Origin: a virus | Lineage: Duplodnaviria; Caudoviricetes | Strand: one strand, 5' to 3' | Virus record (IMG/VR): IMGVR_UViG_2877079323_000003 | Coordinates: 5,715 to 69,714 of that record | Length of the DNA: 64,000 nt | In this document: positions 27,654 to 38,731 of the stretch, piece by piece | Layout: each line of letters begins with the position of its first letter | Numbering within the stretch: the first letter of the stretch is position 1 | Translations under genes and position numbers: made by a program | The notes under the pieces: model-generated | What the model saw: only the letters and a program-made list of their open reading frames with translations | Database searches by the model: none | What the model was told of the DNA's origin: nothing

Positions 27654-30143
27654 GGCCGTCCAAGCGGTCAATGATCCAACGGTCGACACGTTGGTTCTTC
27701 TAGGTGTAGTCGGATCTGGCAAGACAGACGTAGCGGCACACATCGACATCTCGATCGCGCTCCAGTTCCCCAAGACCTACTGGCCTGTCTTCCGTCAAAA
27801 CATAAGCACTGCAATCAAAACCATCATTCCGTCGTATCTAGAGATGGCTGACAAAATGGGTCTGGTTGAAAACGAAGACTTCACCTACAACCAGCAGGCC
27901 AAGACCATCACCTTCCCGAACAAGTCGGTGATCGTGTTTGTCGAAGCTGATCCAACCAAGGACCGCGGCGGTAAGAAGATCAAGGGAATCAACGCTAGCT
28001 GTTGTGGGTATGGACGTTGTTGACGCGGGACTGAAGTAGACGGGCTGGTCCTCGGCGTAAGAATGGGAGTTGCGACACAACCGTTCTCGACCAAAAAGGA
28101 CCAGCCCTGTGACACACCGTAATGCCCCACTCACTGTCGAAGGAAGACGACGACTCGTCGAGCGGTGCCAGAGCCGTCCGATCGCCCACGTCGCCGCAGA
28201 AATGGGTATCTCACGCCAATGCGCATCCAAGTGGGTCAACCGGCACCGCAAGTACGGTGACCTGGGACTGCAGGACCGATCCAGCACACCAATACACCAA
28301 CCGGCCGCCACCGCGGCAGGGATCGTGACCGAGATCGAATCCATGCGACGAACCCGAAAATGGTCGGCCTCACGCATCACCTTCGAACTGGGAACCGACG
28401 GCATCGTCATTGCTCGTCGAACAGTCACGAAAATTCTGCGGAACCTAGGATTGCACCGTCGCCGGTTCATCGACCCGAACGGCGAAACCAACCGAAAACC
28501 CCAGGTCATCATTGCGAAACGACCTGGTCAGATGGTCCACGTCGATGTGAAGAAAGTCGGGAAGATCCCCGACGGCGGCGGCTGGCGTGCCCACGGCCGC
28601 GGCTCCGAGCAGGCCAAACGATCCGAGCGCCGGAAAAAGAAGAACAAACAGGCCCGCCTCGGCTACACCTATCTGCATTCCGCGATCGACGGCAACACCC
28701 GCCTGGCGTACACCGAAGCCCGCGACAACGAAACCGCTGCAACAGCCATCGATTTCATGAACAACGCCCGCGTCTTCTTCGCCGCACACGGAATCGCTCG
28801 CATCGAGCGCGTGATCACCGACAACGGATCATGCTATCGCGCAGCAGATTTCACATCTTCACTGCGAGAGGCACGGCACTACCGGATCAAGCCGTACACC
28901 CCGAAACACAACGGGAAGGTCGAGCGCTACAACCGCATCCTCGCCGAAGAACTGCTGTACTCCCGCGAGTACACCAGCGAAGCCCAGCGTCGCACCGCCG
29001 TCGAAATCTGGAATGTTCACTATAATTATCACCGACCGCATTCAACACGCGGAGGACGACCGCCTGCCGCTTACCGCCGGCACCGCGTAACTAACGTCCG
29101 TGCCTCATACAGCTAGCGGCAACCACATCGATGAAGCCGACGAACTTGAGTACGAGATGTTCATCCAGGCGACCTCACGTAAAGGGCGTCGCAACGAGGC
29201 TGGTCAGCCTTCGATCTCCATTGTGACGATGAACCCGAACGACGGATGGGCGAAGGAGCTGTACTACGACCGATGGCGGGCAGGGACGCTACCGGCGAAC
29301 ATCCGGGTGATCGAGTTCGACCTTTCCGACAGCTGGTTGTCACCACGCGACATCGCAGCCCTGATGACAAACCCGGACTGGTGGGTTCAGCGCTACATGA
29401 TGAACAACTGGAACTTCAGCGATGAATCGACCTCGCTGTTCAAGTCCCGGCACTGGGCCGCATCACTGACTGACAAGCTTGAAGCGACGGATCTACGTGT
29501 GGCCGGCTACGACGTTGCCCGCAGCGGAACTGATCGATCGGTGAGGGCGCTCGTCTACGGTACGACGATTGCCGACATCTTGATTACCAAGGACAAGACA
29601 GAACAGATCGACACCTCAGTCCAGGCAGACATGCTGGTGGAAGACACGGTTGAGTTCGAGTACGGACTCGACAACATGGCAGTCGATGCGGTGGGTCTAG
29701 GTGTTGGCGTGGTGGATGCGCTCGCTAAGCAGGGCTATCACGTCCACGAGTACATGAGTGGTGCTAAGCCAGATCCAGACGTCATGCTCAGTGCCGAGGA
29801 TTCCATGCCCGTCAACTTCGACAACCTCCGCTCTCAGATGATCTACCTCTACGCCCGTGGGGTGGAGTTGGGAATTATCAAGCACTACAGCGGATGTCCG
29901 TATGTCAGGGAGTTGCAGAAAGAAGCGATGATCCACAACTTCGAGATCACCGACAAGGTTCTGAAAGTGGAGAGCAAGGACAAGATCAAGAAACGACTGG
30001 GATCAAGCCCGGATCTTCTCGACGCAGTGATCATGGCACTTTACGTTGCACTACGGCCGATCCAAGCCTTTCCAAATCAGGGAGATAGCGATCGAAACTC
30101 AAGCGCCCCAATCACTTCGGGCTTGTTCGGCTCATCGTTCTGA
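27625..30143 (+). pseudogene. terL: Terminase large subunit split by IS481
   Basis: Walker A GVVGSGKT; halves rejoin as GINASGNHIDEADE (Walker B); nuclease GYDVAR and SPDLLDA motifs. Confidence 0.9.
28000..29111 (+). mobile_element. IS481-family element (transposase 28070-29116)
   Basis: TGT...ACA ends, duplication GCTAGC. Confidence 0.95.
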
Positions 30144-30159
30144 TTTACATTGAAGGTAG

Positions 30160-32148
30160 ATGGCAAAAGGCACTTCCAAGAAGAATCCACTAGAACTCGG
30201 GGACTCTGGCGTTCAGATCTTGAACGGCATTATTACTGGTGACGAATATCGACCGGAGCTTCGTGGCCGTGCTCTGATGAGAACGATCGAAGAGATGCGC
30301 CGTGGTGACGCCACTGTTCATGCGGGCTTGATGGCGGTGAAGATGCCGATCGTTGCCGCCGAGTGGAGCGTTGAATCTGGGGGAGAGGACGAGCAGGACA
30401 CTGCCGCCGCTGAACTTATCGACTACAACTTCAATCAGGTGCTCAACTGGAAGGCTGTTCTTACCGAGGCTCTGACCATGCTGGACTTCGGTTTCTCCGT
30501 GTTCGAACTCGTCTTTGACTGGGCGAACGTCAACGGCGTCGATCGTGTGGTGTTGGTGAAGATTGCTTACCGCAAGCAGACGACGATCGAGAAGTGGACG
30601 CAAGAGGACGGTAGTCCAGGGATCGTGCAGCGCAAGGCAGATGGCACTGCGGTTTCAATCCCCGATGACAAGCTCCTAGTCCTCACTCACCAACAAGAGG
30701 GCGACAACTGGCAGGGTGTCTCGATACTGCGTTCGGCCTACCAGAACTGGTACTACAAGAAGACCTTCTACCAAATCGATGCGGTCAAGCATGAGCGTCA
30801 GGCGCTTGGCGTCGTGAAGATCAAGTATCCGAAGGGCGCTACGCCTGCGATGCGCGAAGAAGCGAAGGCAGCAGCACAGAACGTGCGAGCAAATGAGCGC
30901 GCTTACATCGAGGAGCCAGACGGCTGGGACATCAACTTTATGGACATGATGGCCAGTACGACTGCTGATCCGAAGGAATCAATCTCCCATCACGATCGCC
31001 AGATCCTCAAGAACATGGCAGTGCAGTACATCGACATTGGTTCAGCTGGATCAAGCGGCTCGTACTCTGCATCGACTGATCAGCGCCGATTGCTTGAGCT
31101 TCAAGACCAGGCGATCGCGTCGCAGATAGCTGCTCGGATCAATGACAAGGTGGTCAAGGCCATCGTCGACATGAACTTCAACGTCACCGACTACCCGAAG
31201 TGGAAGGTCGGCCAGATCGGTCAAGAGAACGTCCAGGAACTTACCGAGGCAGTGGCGAAGATGACCAGCTCGAAGCTTCTCACTCCAACTGACCAGGATG
31301 AAGAGCACGTTCGCAAGGTGTTGCGCTTCCCTGACATGCCGGAAGACATCAAAGATCAGCCGCGGGAACAGGTGAAGCCAGAGTCCAAGGTCGAGCCGGA
31401 GCAACCTGAAAAGACAGACATCAAGGAAGATGAGCCTGCGACCAAGCAGCTCGAAGCAAGTACGAAATCTAAAGTGCGCCCGATCAATGCACAGGTAAGT
31501 GCTCGGGACTTCCCTGGTCTGCACGAAGGACTTGGAATCGAGACTGACAAACTCGGCTGCATCATGCTCGACACCGAAACTATCGATGTTCTCAAGCACG
31601 TTGAGGGAGGCGAGTCGGACCTAGTTGAATCCACGGCGGAGCACGATCACGCTATGGGAGCTGTGGCTGAGACCGAGCCTCATGTGACGTTGCTATTCGG
31701 CTTACTCAAGAACGGGAACGTCTGGAAGGACGAAGTCGATACCGTGCTCGATGGGTGGAAGATGGACGCCGTCACGATCAGTGAGATCGGGTTCTTCGAT
31801 CTCACTGACAAGTTCGCGATCGTGGCACACATTGAGACCACACCTGAATTACTCGACGGCCATGATCGACTGACTCTGTTGCCTCACGTTCAGACCTTCA
31901 GTGAATACAAGCCTCACATGACGTTGGCCTATGTCGCGCACGACCAGGCAATCGCCGATAAGTGGGTGGATGCACTTGGGGCACAGTACAACGGTGCGAC
32001 TCTCAAAGCTAAGGGGATCAACTACGGTGATCTGCCAACTGACGACGAAGATACCGACAAGAAGATCGAGGCATCACTGATCTCAACGGCACGGAAGTTC
32101 AAGGACGCAGTAATGGACAAACTCTATGGATCGCACAACGCTGCTTAG
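30160..32148 (+). CDS. Portal protein (Mu gp29/DUF935-like) fused to a C-terminal 2H phosphoesterase (Acb1-like) domain
   Basis: After terL; FGFSVFELV and GVSILRSAYQNWYYK portal motifs; charged linker; two HxT motifs (PHVTLLFG, PHMTLAY). Confidence 0.8.
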   Translation: MAKGTSKKNPLELGDSGVQILNGIITGDEYRPELRGRALMRTIEEMRRGDATVHAGLMAVKMPIVAAEWSVESGGEDEQDTAAAELIDYNFNQVLNWKAVLTEALTMLDFGFSVFELVFDWANVNGVDRVVLVKIAYRKQTTIEKWTQEDGSPGIVQRKADGTAVSIPDDKLLVLTHQQEGDNWQGVSILRSAYQNWYYKKTFYQIDAVKHERQALGVVKIKYPKGATPAMREEAKAAAQNVRANERAYIEEPDGWDINFMDMMASTTADPKESISHHDRQILKNMAVQYIDIGSAGSSGSYSASTDQRRLLELQDQAIASQIAARINDKVVKAIVDMNFNVTDYPKWKVGQIGQENVQELTEAVAKMTSSKLLTPTDQDEEHVRKVLRFPDMPEDIKDQPREQVKPESKVEPEQPEKTDIKEDEPATKQLEASTKSKVRPINAQVSARDFPGLHEGLGIETDKLGCIMLDTETIDVLKHVEGGESDLVESTAEHDHAMGAVAETEPHVTLLFGLLKNGNVWKDEVDTVLDGWKMDAVTISEIGFFDLTDKFAIVAHIETTPELLDGHDRLTLLPHVQTFSEYKPHMTLAYVAHDQAIADKWVDALGAQYNGATLKAKGINYGDLPTDDEDTDKKIEASLISTARKFKDAVMDKLYGSHNAA

Positions 32149-34433
32149 AGTCAAATCTGAACTGACGCAATCGATCCGAGCAAGTGAAGACTGGCAACCC
32201 AGCTACAAGGCTCATCCTGAGACGTTCAAAGCGCTTCTATTGCACGAAGCGGAATTCCCTCTCTGTCAGGATTTAGTGAGACACTCGGAGGCAACCGAGA
32301 TCACTCACTGAGGGCATGAAACGAGCACCACCGATGAGCAGCCCGAACCCCGAAACACCGTCAGATTCGCCGGCGGATCCTGCCCCGAAACCGACCCGCA
32401 GAACCTTCACCACTGAATACCGCAACCGCATCCTCGACGAATACAACAACGCCCCACACGGAGAGAAATCTGCAGTCCTGCGCCGCGAAGGTTTGTACCA
32501 ATCTCAACTCCGAGAATGGGCCCAAGCCAGAACCGCAGCGGCCGGGAAGTCTCGACCGAAAGCGGTCGCCCATCCCGACACCGACGCCGCGACACGTAAG
32601 GAAATGGCCCGACTGACACGCGAGAACGCTCGTCTGGCAAAGCAATTGACGCAGACGGAGGCCGCGCTCGAGATCATGGGAAAACTTCACGTGCTCTTGG
32701 AATCCATCTCCGAGAGCACGGACACACCGCCCTTACCGAAGACGCACTGAACAGCACATTCGCCGACCTGCGAGCCGCCGAAATCCCCACCAGGCGATCC
32801 TGCATCCTGATCGGGCGATCCCGCGCCACCCACTACCGTCACCAGCAACCACCCGTTCAAGGTCCCCGGAAACCAAGACCCATCCCGGACAACGGCCAAG
32901 CGCTCACCGCATCCGAGCGAGCGAAAGTTTTGACCGTCATCAACAGCGACAAGAACGCTGACCTGGCCATATGTCAGATCTGGGCGCGGGAACTCGACGA
33001 GGGAAACTACTGGTGTTCACTGTCGAGCATGTATCGGATCGCCGCCGCGGCCGGACAAAACCGTGAACGCCGACGAACAGCGACACATCCACCGAAGGCG
33101 ATCCCCGAACTCCTCGCCGACGGACCTTCACAGGTCTGGACCTGGGACATCACCAAACTTCGCGGGCCCACCAAGGGCGTGTGGTTTCACCTGTACGTAC
33201 TGATCGACATCTACTCTCGCTACAACCCGTCGTGGATCGTGGCTGCACACGAAAGTGCTGAATTGGCAGCTGAATTCATTGCGGAAGCAATCGAGCGCAA
33301 CGGCATCGCCCCGCACACCGTCCACGCGGACCGCGGCACTTCGATGACCTCAGGATTGGTGTCGGAACTGCTCACCAACCTCGGCATCACCCGGTCGCAT
33401 TCACGACCGCGAGTATCGAACGACAACCCGTACTCCGAGTCGCAATTCAAGACTCTGAAATACCTGCATGATTTCCCGACTTCGTTTGCATCACTGGATG
33501 ATGCACGAGTGTTCTTGGAAGGATTCTTCAACGAGTACAACCATATTCACCGTCATTCGGGAATTGCCTGGCATACGCCGGCGTCGGTGCACTTCGGGAC
33601 CGCTGACGCGGTCGACGAGGCCCGGCAGATCACTCTGAACGAGGCTTACGTCGCGAACCCTGCCCGGTTTTCGCGCCGGCCAAGTCCGCCCGAGATGCCG
33701 ACCGTATTCTTCATCAACGAACCGGTCTCGGAATCGCAGATCAACTGAACGTCACTGTCTCACTTGACTTGACACATAGCGATTAGAGCAAGCCGTGGCC
33801 GAATATCTCGCTGGCCTAGCTCAGAGAGCGCCACAGTACGTGGATTGGTCACTCGTTCCTGAACCCGTCAAGGCTGCTGCCAGCCCACTCGCCAACAAAG
33901 ACGACGACTTGTGGAAGGCCGAAGAGTTCGATCTGACGAAGGCTGTCATCGATGCGATCACCATGCTCACCACCACGGGAGCGCAGGCCGGCGAACTGGC
34001 ATCGGGGATCTACATCGGCGTTTCGTCGTTGTCTCAAACAGTGCTCGTAGCTGCTCGTGAACAGGTAGCGACGCTCGTGAGCCAGGTGACGGAGACGAAT
34101 CGCAAGCTCATCCGAGAAGCGATCAAACAGTCGATCGCCAGGGGAGAAGATGTCGCTGGGGCCATCGAACGCATCAAGACCGTCGTGAACAACCCTGTAC
34201 GAGCAGAGATGATCGCGCAGACAGAAAGTGTGAACGCGTATCAAACGGGGCTGAAGAACTTCGCTGCGGAGACGAACGCGGTGGGTAAAGTGTGGGAATC
34301 ACTGGCAGGCGCATGTAAGCAGTGCTCTCCACTGGATGGTGAGGAACGGAAGATCGACGAGCTGTTCAGCAACGGCAAGGATCGGCCAAGCGCTCATCCA
34401 CGTTGCCGCTGCGGTGTCTACTACCAATACTGA
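32126..34433 (+). pseudogene. MuF/gp7-like minor head protein split by an IS
   Basis: Halves rejoin as LLHEAELEQAVAEYL; RAEMIAQTE, CKQC, AHPRCRC. Confidence 0.85.
32257..33781 (+). mobile_element. IS3-like element (orfA 32316-32750, rve orfB ending 33748) with subterminal inverted repeats
   Basis: WTWDITKL, HADRG, NDNPYSES motifs; imperfect IRs start 32264 and end 33774; ATT duplicated at 32254-32256 and 33782-33784. Confidence 0.88.
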
Positions 34434-34448
34434 TGGTAGCTCCCAGTA

Positions 34449-35015
34449 CTACGCGTCCCAGAGGATTGCTTCTGCACCGATACGTGCAGATATGGCTTCG
34501 TCAAGATCATCGAATCGACCCAGCCTTATCAGTTTTCCACCACTACCTATGCACGCTGTGTATCGAAGCCCGGATGTTGTACGGACGTGATCGACTCCTC
34601 GGACTCCGTACGGGTTCCCTTTGGGAGCTCTTCTATTCTGTGCCTGCTCGCTTGACGTCGCCCAGCGACAATTCTCAGGACTGTAATCGCCGTTGTTGTC
34701 GATCCTGTCGATTGAATGCTTGGCGCTCGGACGCTTTCCCATATCCGTGAAAAAGGCTTGGTAGTTAGTGCGCCATCTACTGCAAACGCGAATGCCACGT
34801 CCGCCGTAGTGTCTGTACGCTTCACTATTCACGTTATAGCACCGACTTTTCAATGCGTGCCAAGCATCATATTCTGGGGTGCCATATAGTCCGTGTTTTC
34901 CAACTATGCGACGGACTAGCGTAGTTCCATTTCTTCGTACACGTTCGTAGTGCTTCCGGCACATACTTTTTGAGTAGCTAGTCATTTCGCAACCGCTAAT
35001 GATACAATTAGCCAT
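34449..35015 (-). CDS. HNH-like endonuclease with AP2-like domain
   Basis: YGGRGIRVCSRW...DMG...SIDRIDNNGDYSPENCRWAT...QAQNRR. Confidence 0.85.
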   Translation of the reverse strand: MANCIISGCEMTSYSKSMCRKHYERVRRNGTTLVRRIVGKHGLYGTPEYDAWHALKSRCYNVNSEAYRHYGGRGIRVCSRWRTNYQAFFTDMGKRPSAKHSIDRIDNNGDYSPENCRWATSSEQAQNRRAPKGNPYGVRGVDHVRTTSGLRYTACIGSGGKLIRLGRFDDLDEAISARIGAEAILWDA

Positions 35016-35110
35016 AAGATATCTCCTTGTGGTTTAAGCGCTTAAGGAGGTATTTTTTATACCTCGCTAATAATATTACCACTAAAGGCTGATGGTCTAT
35101 TGACTTTTGG

Positions 35111-36376
35111 GTGCAGGTAAATGATATTCATGACATGGCAAAAGGTTTCCACAACTTAGTAAAAATCAAAGCTGATTCAACAGGTCAGGCACCAAAGACG
35201 ATCGAGCTACTTCGCACGGGCGAGTGGCACACACCATGGCACGGTGATTTCGAGATCACCAAACAGGATCTACAACAGTTCGCAGCCAACGTACAGGCGG
35301 GCGTCGGACTGGTTGCAGACGATCCGAAAGTTCCTCTCAACTACGGCCACGCATCGTATGACAAAGCTGCGGGCTGGATTTCGCATGTCTACGTCAGTGA
35401 TGACGGCGAGGCATTGCTTGGAGATCCTGACTGGACTCCAGCCGCTGAAGAAGCGATCAAAGCTGGTGAGTGGCGATATCTTTCGCCAGAGTTCAACCCA
35501 CGCGATTGGCCGTGGGAAGACCCTGAAGAGGAGTACCACTTCGTCAACAACGTACTGACGGGTGCTGCCCTCACCAACATCCCACTTTTCAAGAAACTGA
35601 AACCGATCACAGCCTCGCGCATCAAGCCTGAGAAGGCAATCAGAGCGAGCGCTGCCGGTGACGGTGATAAACATAATCAAGGAGAACCTATGGATCTAAA
35701 GGAGATTCGAGCAAAACAAGTTGCTGACCTTACTGAGGAAGAGAAGACATTCCTGAGCGAGAATAAAGCAGACCTCACAGCGGAAGAGCTGACAACTTTC
35801 GGACTCGAAAAGACTGATGACGAAGCGGCAAATGCCGACGCAGCAAAAGAAGCTGCCGACAAGGCAGCCGTAGAGCAAGCGGAAGCAGACGCGAAAGCTG
35901 CTGCAGAACAAGCAGAGAAGGACAAGATCGAAGCAAGCCGCAACGGTGGTGTCTCGATCACTGCTGACCGTCTAGCAAAGCTTGAAGCTGATGCTCAAGC
36001 TGGCCGCGAAGCGCGACAGCAACTCGACCAACGTGATGCGGAAGAGATCGTAGATCGCAGCATCAAAGCTGGTCAGATCAAGAGCGGCGACAAGACTCGC
36101 TGGACGAAACAACTACTTGCATCACGTGGAGATGACCGCAAGAACCTCGAAGAGCTTCTAGCCGGCCTTCCTAAGAACGAGATCGATGGCAAGGAACTTG
36201 GCGATGCAGGCCGCACTGTCTCAGTTGAGGCAAGCACCGAAGTCCACAACCGTGTCGTCAAGATCCAGGCAGATGCACGTGCAGCAGGAGGCAGTGTTGC
36301 TTACTCGACGGCACGTAAGCAAGTGCTCGATGCAGACGCGAATCTAAAAGAACAATTGAAAGAGGAGGAGAAATAG
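35111..36376 (+). CDS. Mu-like prohead protease / scaffold (start may be 35135)
   Basis: NYGH...AAGWI, WTP, EWRYLSPEF, GAALTNIP; acidic coiled-coil C-terminus. Confidence 0.85.
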   Translation: MQVNDIHDMAKGFHNLVKIKADSTGQAPKTIELLRTGEWHTPWHGDFEITKQDLQQFAANVQAGVGLVADDPKVPLNYGHASYDKAAGWISHVYVSDDGEALLGDPDWTPAAEEAIKAGEWRYLSPEFNPRDWPWEDPEEEYHFVNNVLTGAALTNIPLFKKLKPITASRIKPEKAIRASAAGDGDKHNQGEPMDLKEIRAKQVADLTEEEKTFLSENKADLTAEELTTFGLEKTDDEAANADAAKEAADKAAVEQAEADAKAAAEQAEKDKIEASRNGGVSITADRLAKLEADAQAGREARQQLDQRDAEEIVDRSIKAGQIKSGDKTRWTKQLLASRGDDRKNLEELLAGLPKNEIDGKELGDAGRTVSVEASTEVHNRVVKIQADARAAGGSVAYSTARKQVLDADANLKEQLKEEEK

Positions 36377-36751
36377 ATGTCATACCAACCAGGTGACCGA
36401 TACACGGCAGTCGCAGGTGCAGACCTGACAGGCAAGCGATACCACATCGCAAAACTCGATGCTAACGGCGAAGTAGTTCTAGCAGCAGCGGCAACAGACA
36501 ACATCCTTGGTGTTCTCGATAACGAGGTCAAAAAGGGTGGAGTTGCCGAGGTGGTCCTAGCGAACGGTCAAGGCACATTCAAGGTTAAAGCTGCGAACGC
36601 AGTAATTGCCAAGGATGCATTCATTACAACTGATGCAAGCGGTAAGGCAGTTGCCACTACCACTGCAGGCAACCGGGTCATCGGTCGCGCAGTACGCGCA
36701 GGTGTAGCGAATGAGGTGATCGAATACGTAAAACATAACGAAAAATACTAA
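36377..36751 (+). CDS. Capsid decoration/cement protein
   Basis: Small Ala/Gly/Val-rich protein between scaffold and capsid genes. Confidence 0.7.
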   Translation: MSYQPGDRYTAVAGADLTGKRYHIAKLDANGEVVLAAAATDNILGVLDNEVKKGGVAEVVLANGQGTFKVKAANAVIAKDAFITTDASGKAVATTTAGNRVIGRAVRAGVANEVIEYVKHNEKY

Positions 36752-36770
36752 GAAAGGCTGACAACTTAAT

Positions 36771-37700
36771 ATGGCAAATCAACCACTATATGTAGACCAA
36801 GCTCTGACAAATGTCAGCACCGCGTGGCTCAACAACGATCGCGATTTCATCTCGGACATAATCTTCCCTGAAGTGCTCGTCTCGCAACCAACATTTGAAG
36901 TAGCTGCGTACGGCAAAGATGCGACTCGCGTCCCAAATAGCTCAGTTCGTACAGGTGAAGCTCTCGCGAAACGTGTAAGCCTTAACCGTAGCGTCAACAC
37001 ACTCGGACCTCTTCAGGAGCACGCACTCAGCGACTTCGTCACGAAGATGGACTACAAGCTCTCCAAAGAGCTATTCGAGCCTGAAGCAGATGCAGTCGAG
37101 AACATTCACCAGAAGCTCGCCTTGATCGATGAGAAATCGCTTGCAACTCAGCTCGCTGACACATCAGTGATCACACAGAACACTACTCTCAGTGGAGCAA
37201 GTCAGTGGAATGACGCGAACTCAACTCCGTTCCAGGACATAGCAACCGGTTCAGCGACGGCTGGCTTCAAGCAGTACAACACTCTCTTCATGGGGTCAGA
37301 GGCGTTCAGCGCATTGATGTTGCACCCTGAACTACTTGATCGCATCAAGTGGAGCCAGACAGGTGTACTTACTGAGGAAGCGATTCTTACCCTTTTCCGA
37401 CCATTCAACATCGAGCGAATCGTCGTCGGTCGTGCGAAGAACGACGTTGCCAAGGAAGGCACAGGCTCAAGCTCATTCCAGAGCGTATGGGGCAAGAACG
37501 CATGGCTTGGATACGTGACCAACCGTCCAGCTCGCAAAGAGCTCAACGGTGGCTACAAGTTCCGACTCGAAGAAGGTCGCGAAGTAACACGTGAAGTGAA
37601 AGCAAACCCATCAGGAACTGAGATCGTTGTGAGCGACTACTACGACCACATCATCATGAACCCTGAAGCTTTCTACCTTCTAAAAAACGTAGTGGCTTAG
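36771..37700 (+). CDS. Major capsid protein
   Basis: VDQALTNVS start, size, position, YLLKNVVA end. Confidence 0.8.
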   Translation: MANQPLYVDQALTNVSTAWLNNDRDFISDIIFPEVLVSQPTFEVAAYGKDATRVPNSSVRTGEALAKRVSLNRSVNTLGPLQEHALSDFVTKMDYKLSKELFEPEADAVENIHQKLALIDEKSLATQLADTSVITQNTTLSGASQWNDANSTPFQDIATGSATAGFKQYNTLFMGSEAFSALMLHPELLDRIKWSQTGVLTEEAILTLFRPFNIERIVVGRAKNDVAKEGTGSSSFQSVWGKNAWLGYVTNRPARKELNGGYKFRLEEGREVTREVKANPSGTEIVVSDYYDHIIMNPEAFYLLKNVVA

Positions 37701-37718
37701 TCCGAAGGAATTATTGAC

Positions 37719-37937
37719 ATGGTAAGAATAGAACCAGGATTCAAAGGAGCGAAACTCGTTGGCGCGGTGGTAGACACCGCTGCCAACCCAGTGCCAGCGG
37801 CAACCGCTACGGTAGTCGGTGGAGTGAAGAAGGGGGCAGCAGTCGCACCTATCACTCCCGCTGCTGACGGCACGGCCGCAGGGACAGCGCTCAACGCACT
37901 CATTGCCTCGTTGAAGGCTGCGGGAGTAATCGCGTAA
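37719..37937 (+). CDS. Small head-fibre-like protein
   Basis: ATATVVGGVK...LNALIASLKAAG. Confidence 0.6.
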   Translation: MVRIEPGFKGAKLVGAVVDTAANPVPAATATVVGGVKKGAAVAPITPAADGTAAGTALNALIASLKAAGVIA

Positions 37938-38341
37938 TGGCACAAGTAACACTCATCAGCGCGGTTAAGCACGATAGCAAAAACTACAAACCAGGGGACA
38001 CGTTCGAAGGCGACAAGAAGATCGTTGACGAACTGATCCGAGCTGGCGCAGCACAAGATCCAAGCACGGTAGTCGAGCAGACTTCGGCAGTCGAAACGGC
38101 CGAAGATGAAGCGAAAACTATTGTGGCAGAAGCTCAGAAAGACGCAGACAAGATCAAGTCTGACGCCGAAGATGAAGCGAAAACTATCATCGGGAAAGCG
38201 GAGGAAGCATCAGGCCTGAAGATCAAGGAAGCAGAGAAAGCGCTCGCTGACGCCAAGGCTGAAGCTGAGAAGCTCGTCAAAGACGCTCAGGACGCCGCTA
38301 AGAAGGCTCCGGACACAAAGACCAACACATCTGCGAAGTAG
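37937..38341 (+). CDS. Virion-associated hypothetical protein with coiled coil
   Basis: VKHD...YKPGD N-domain; AEDEAKTI repeats. Confidence 0.6.
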   Translation: MAQVTLISAVKHDSKNYKPGDTFEGDKKIVDELIRAGAAQDPSTVVEQTSAVETAEDEAKTIVAEAQKDADKIKSDAEDEAKTIIGKAEEASGLKIKEAEKALADAKAEAEKLVKDAQDAAKKAPDTKTNTSAK

Positions 38342-38356
38342 AAGCTACGACGCAAC

Positions 38357-38399
38357 AGAACACACGAGACCGCCTGATGAGGGCGGTCTCGTGCGTTCT
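38357..38399. terminator. Intrinsic terminator after the head operon
   Basis: AGAACACACGAGACCGCC / GGCGGTCTCGTGCGTTCT inverted repeat. Confidence 0.7.
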
Positions 38400-38413
38400 G
38401 CTTTAGCCATGTC

Positions 38414-38731
38414 TTACTTCAGGTATTCGTACTTCTCGTAAAATGCCCCCACGGTCGTCTGAAGGCTGCGGAATCCTGGGGCTTTCGATCGGTCGGCGCT
38501 GGGGTCCATCCACAATGGTGTGATGGAATGGACTACCCAGTACATCAATGGCTCGACAATCGTTTCGTACACTTCGGTCGATGGGCCGAAGAACCCAACG
38601 ATGCCCTCCATTTTTTCGACTATTGATCGACCTGCTGACACTGGGTCGACGGCACCGCTGAGTACAGAGCGCTGCAGCACACCGACCTCATCTAGTGCGC
38701 TACCAGCTTGCTCTCGGGTCAAGATGATCAC
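38414..38731 (-). CDS. Hypothetical protein (moron, opposite strand)
   Basis: ORF converging on the terminator. Confidence 0.45.
   Translation of the reverse strand: MIILTREQAGSALDEVGVLQRSVLSGAVDPVSAGRSIVEKMEGIVGFFGPSTEVYETIVEPLMYWVVHSITPLWMDPSADRSKAPGFRSLQTTVGAFYEKYEYLK

Noticed and set aside
31490-32030. Portal 2H domain as self-immunity to the element's own Pycsar
   Set aside because: Known anti-Pycsar Apyc1 enzymes have a metallo-beta-lactamase fold; nothing in the sequence shows cNMP specificity
38099-38188. Direct repeat GCCGAAGATGAAGCGAAAACTAT
   Set aside because: In-frame coding repeat (AEDEAKTI) of a coiled-coil protein
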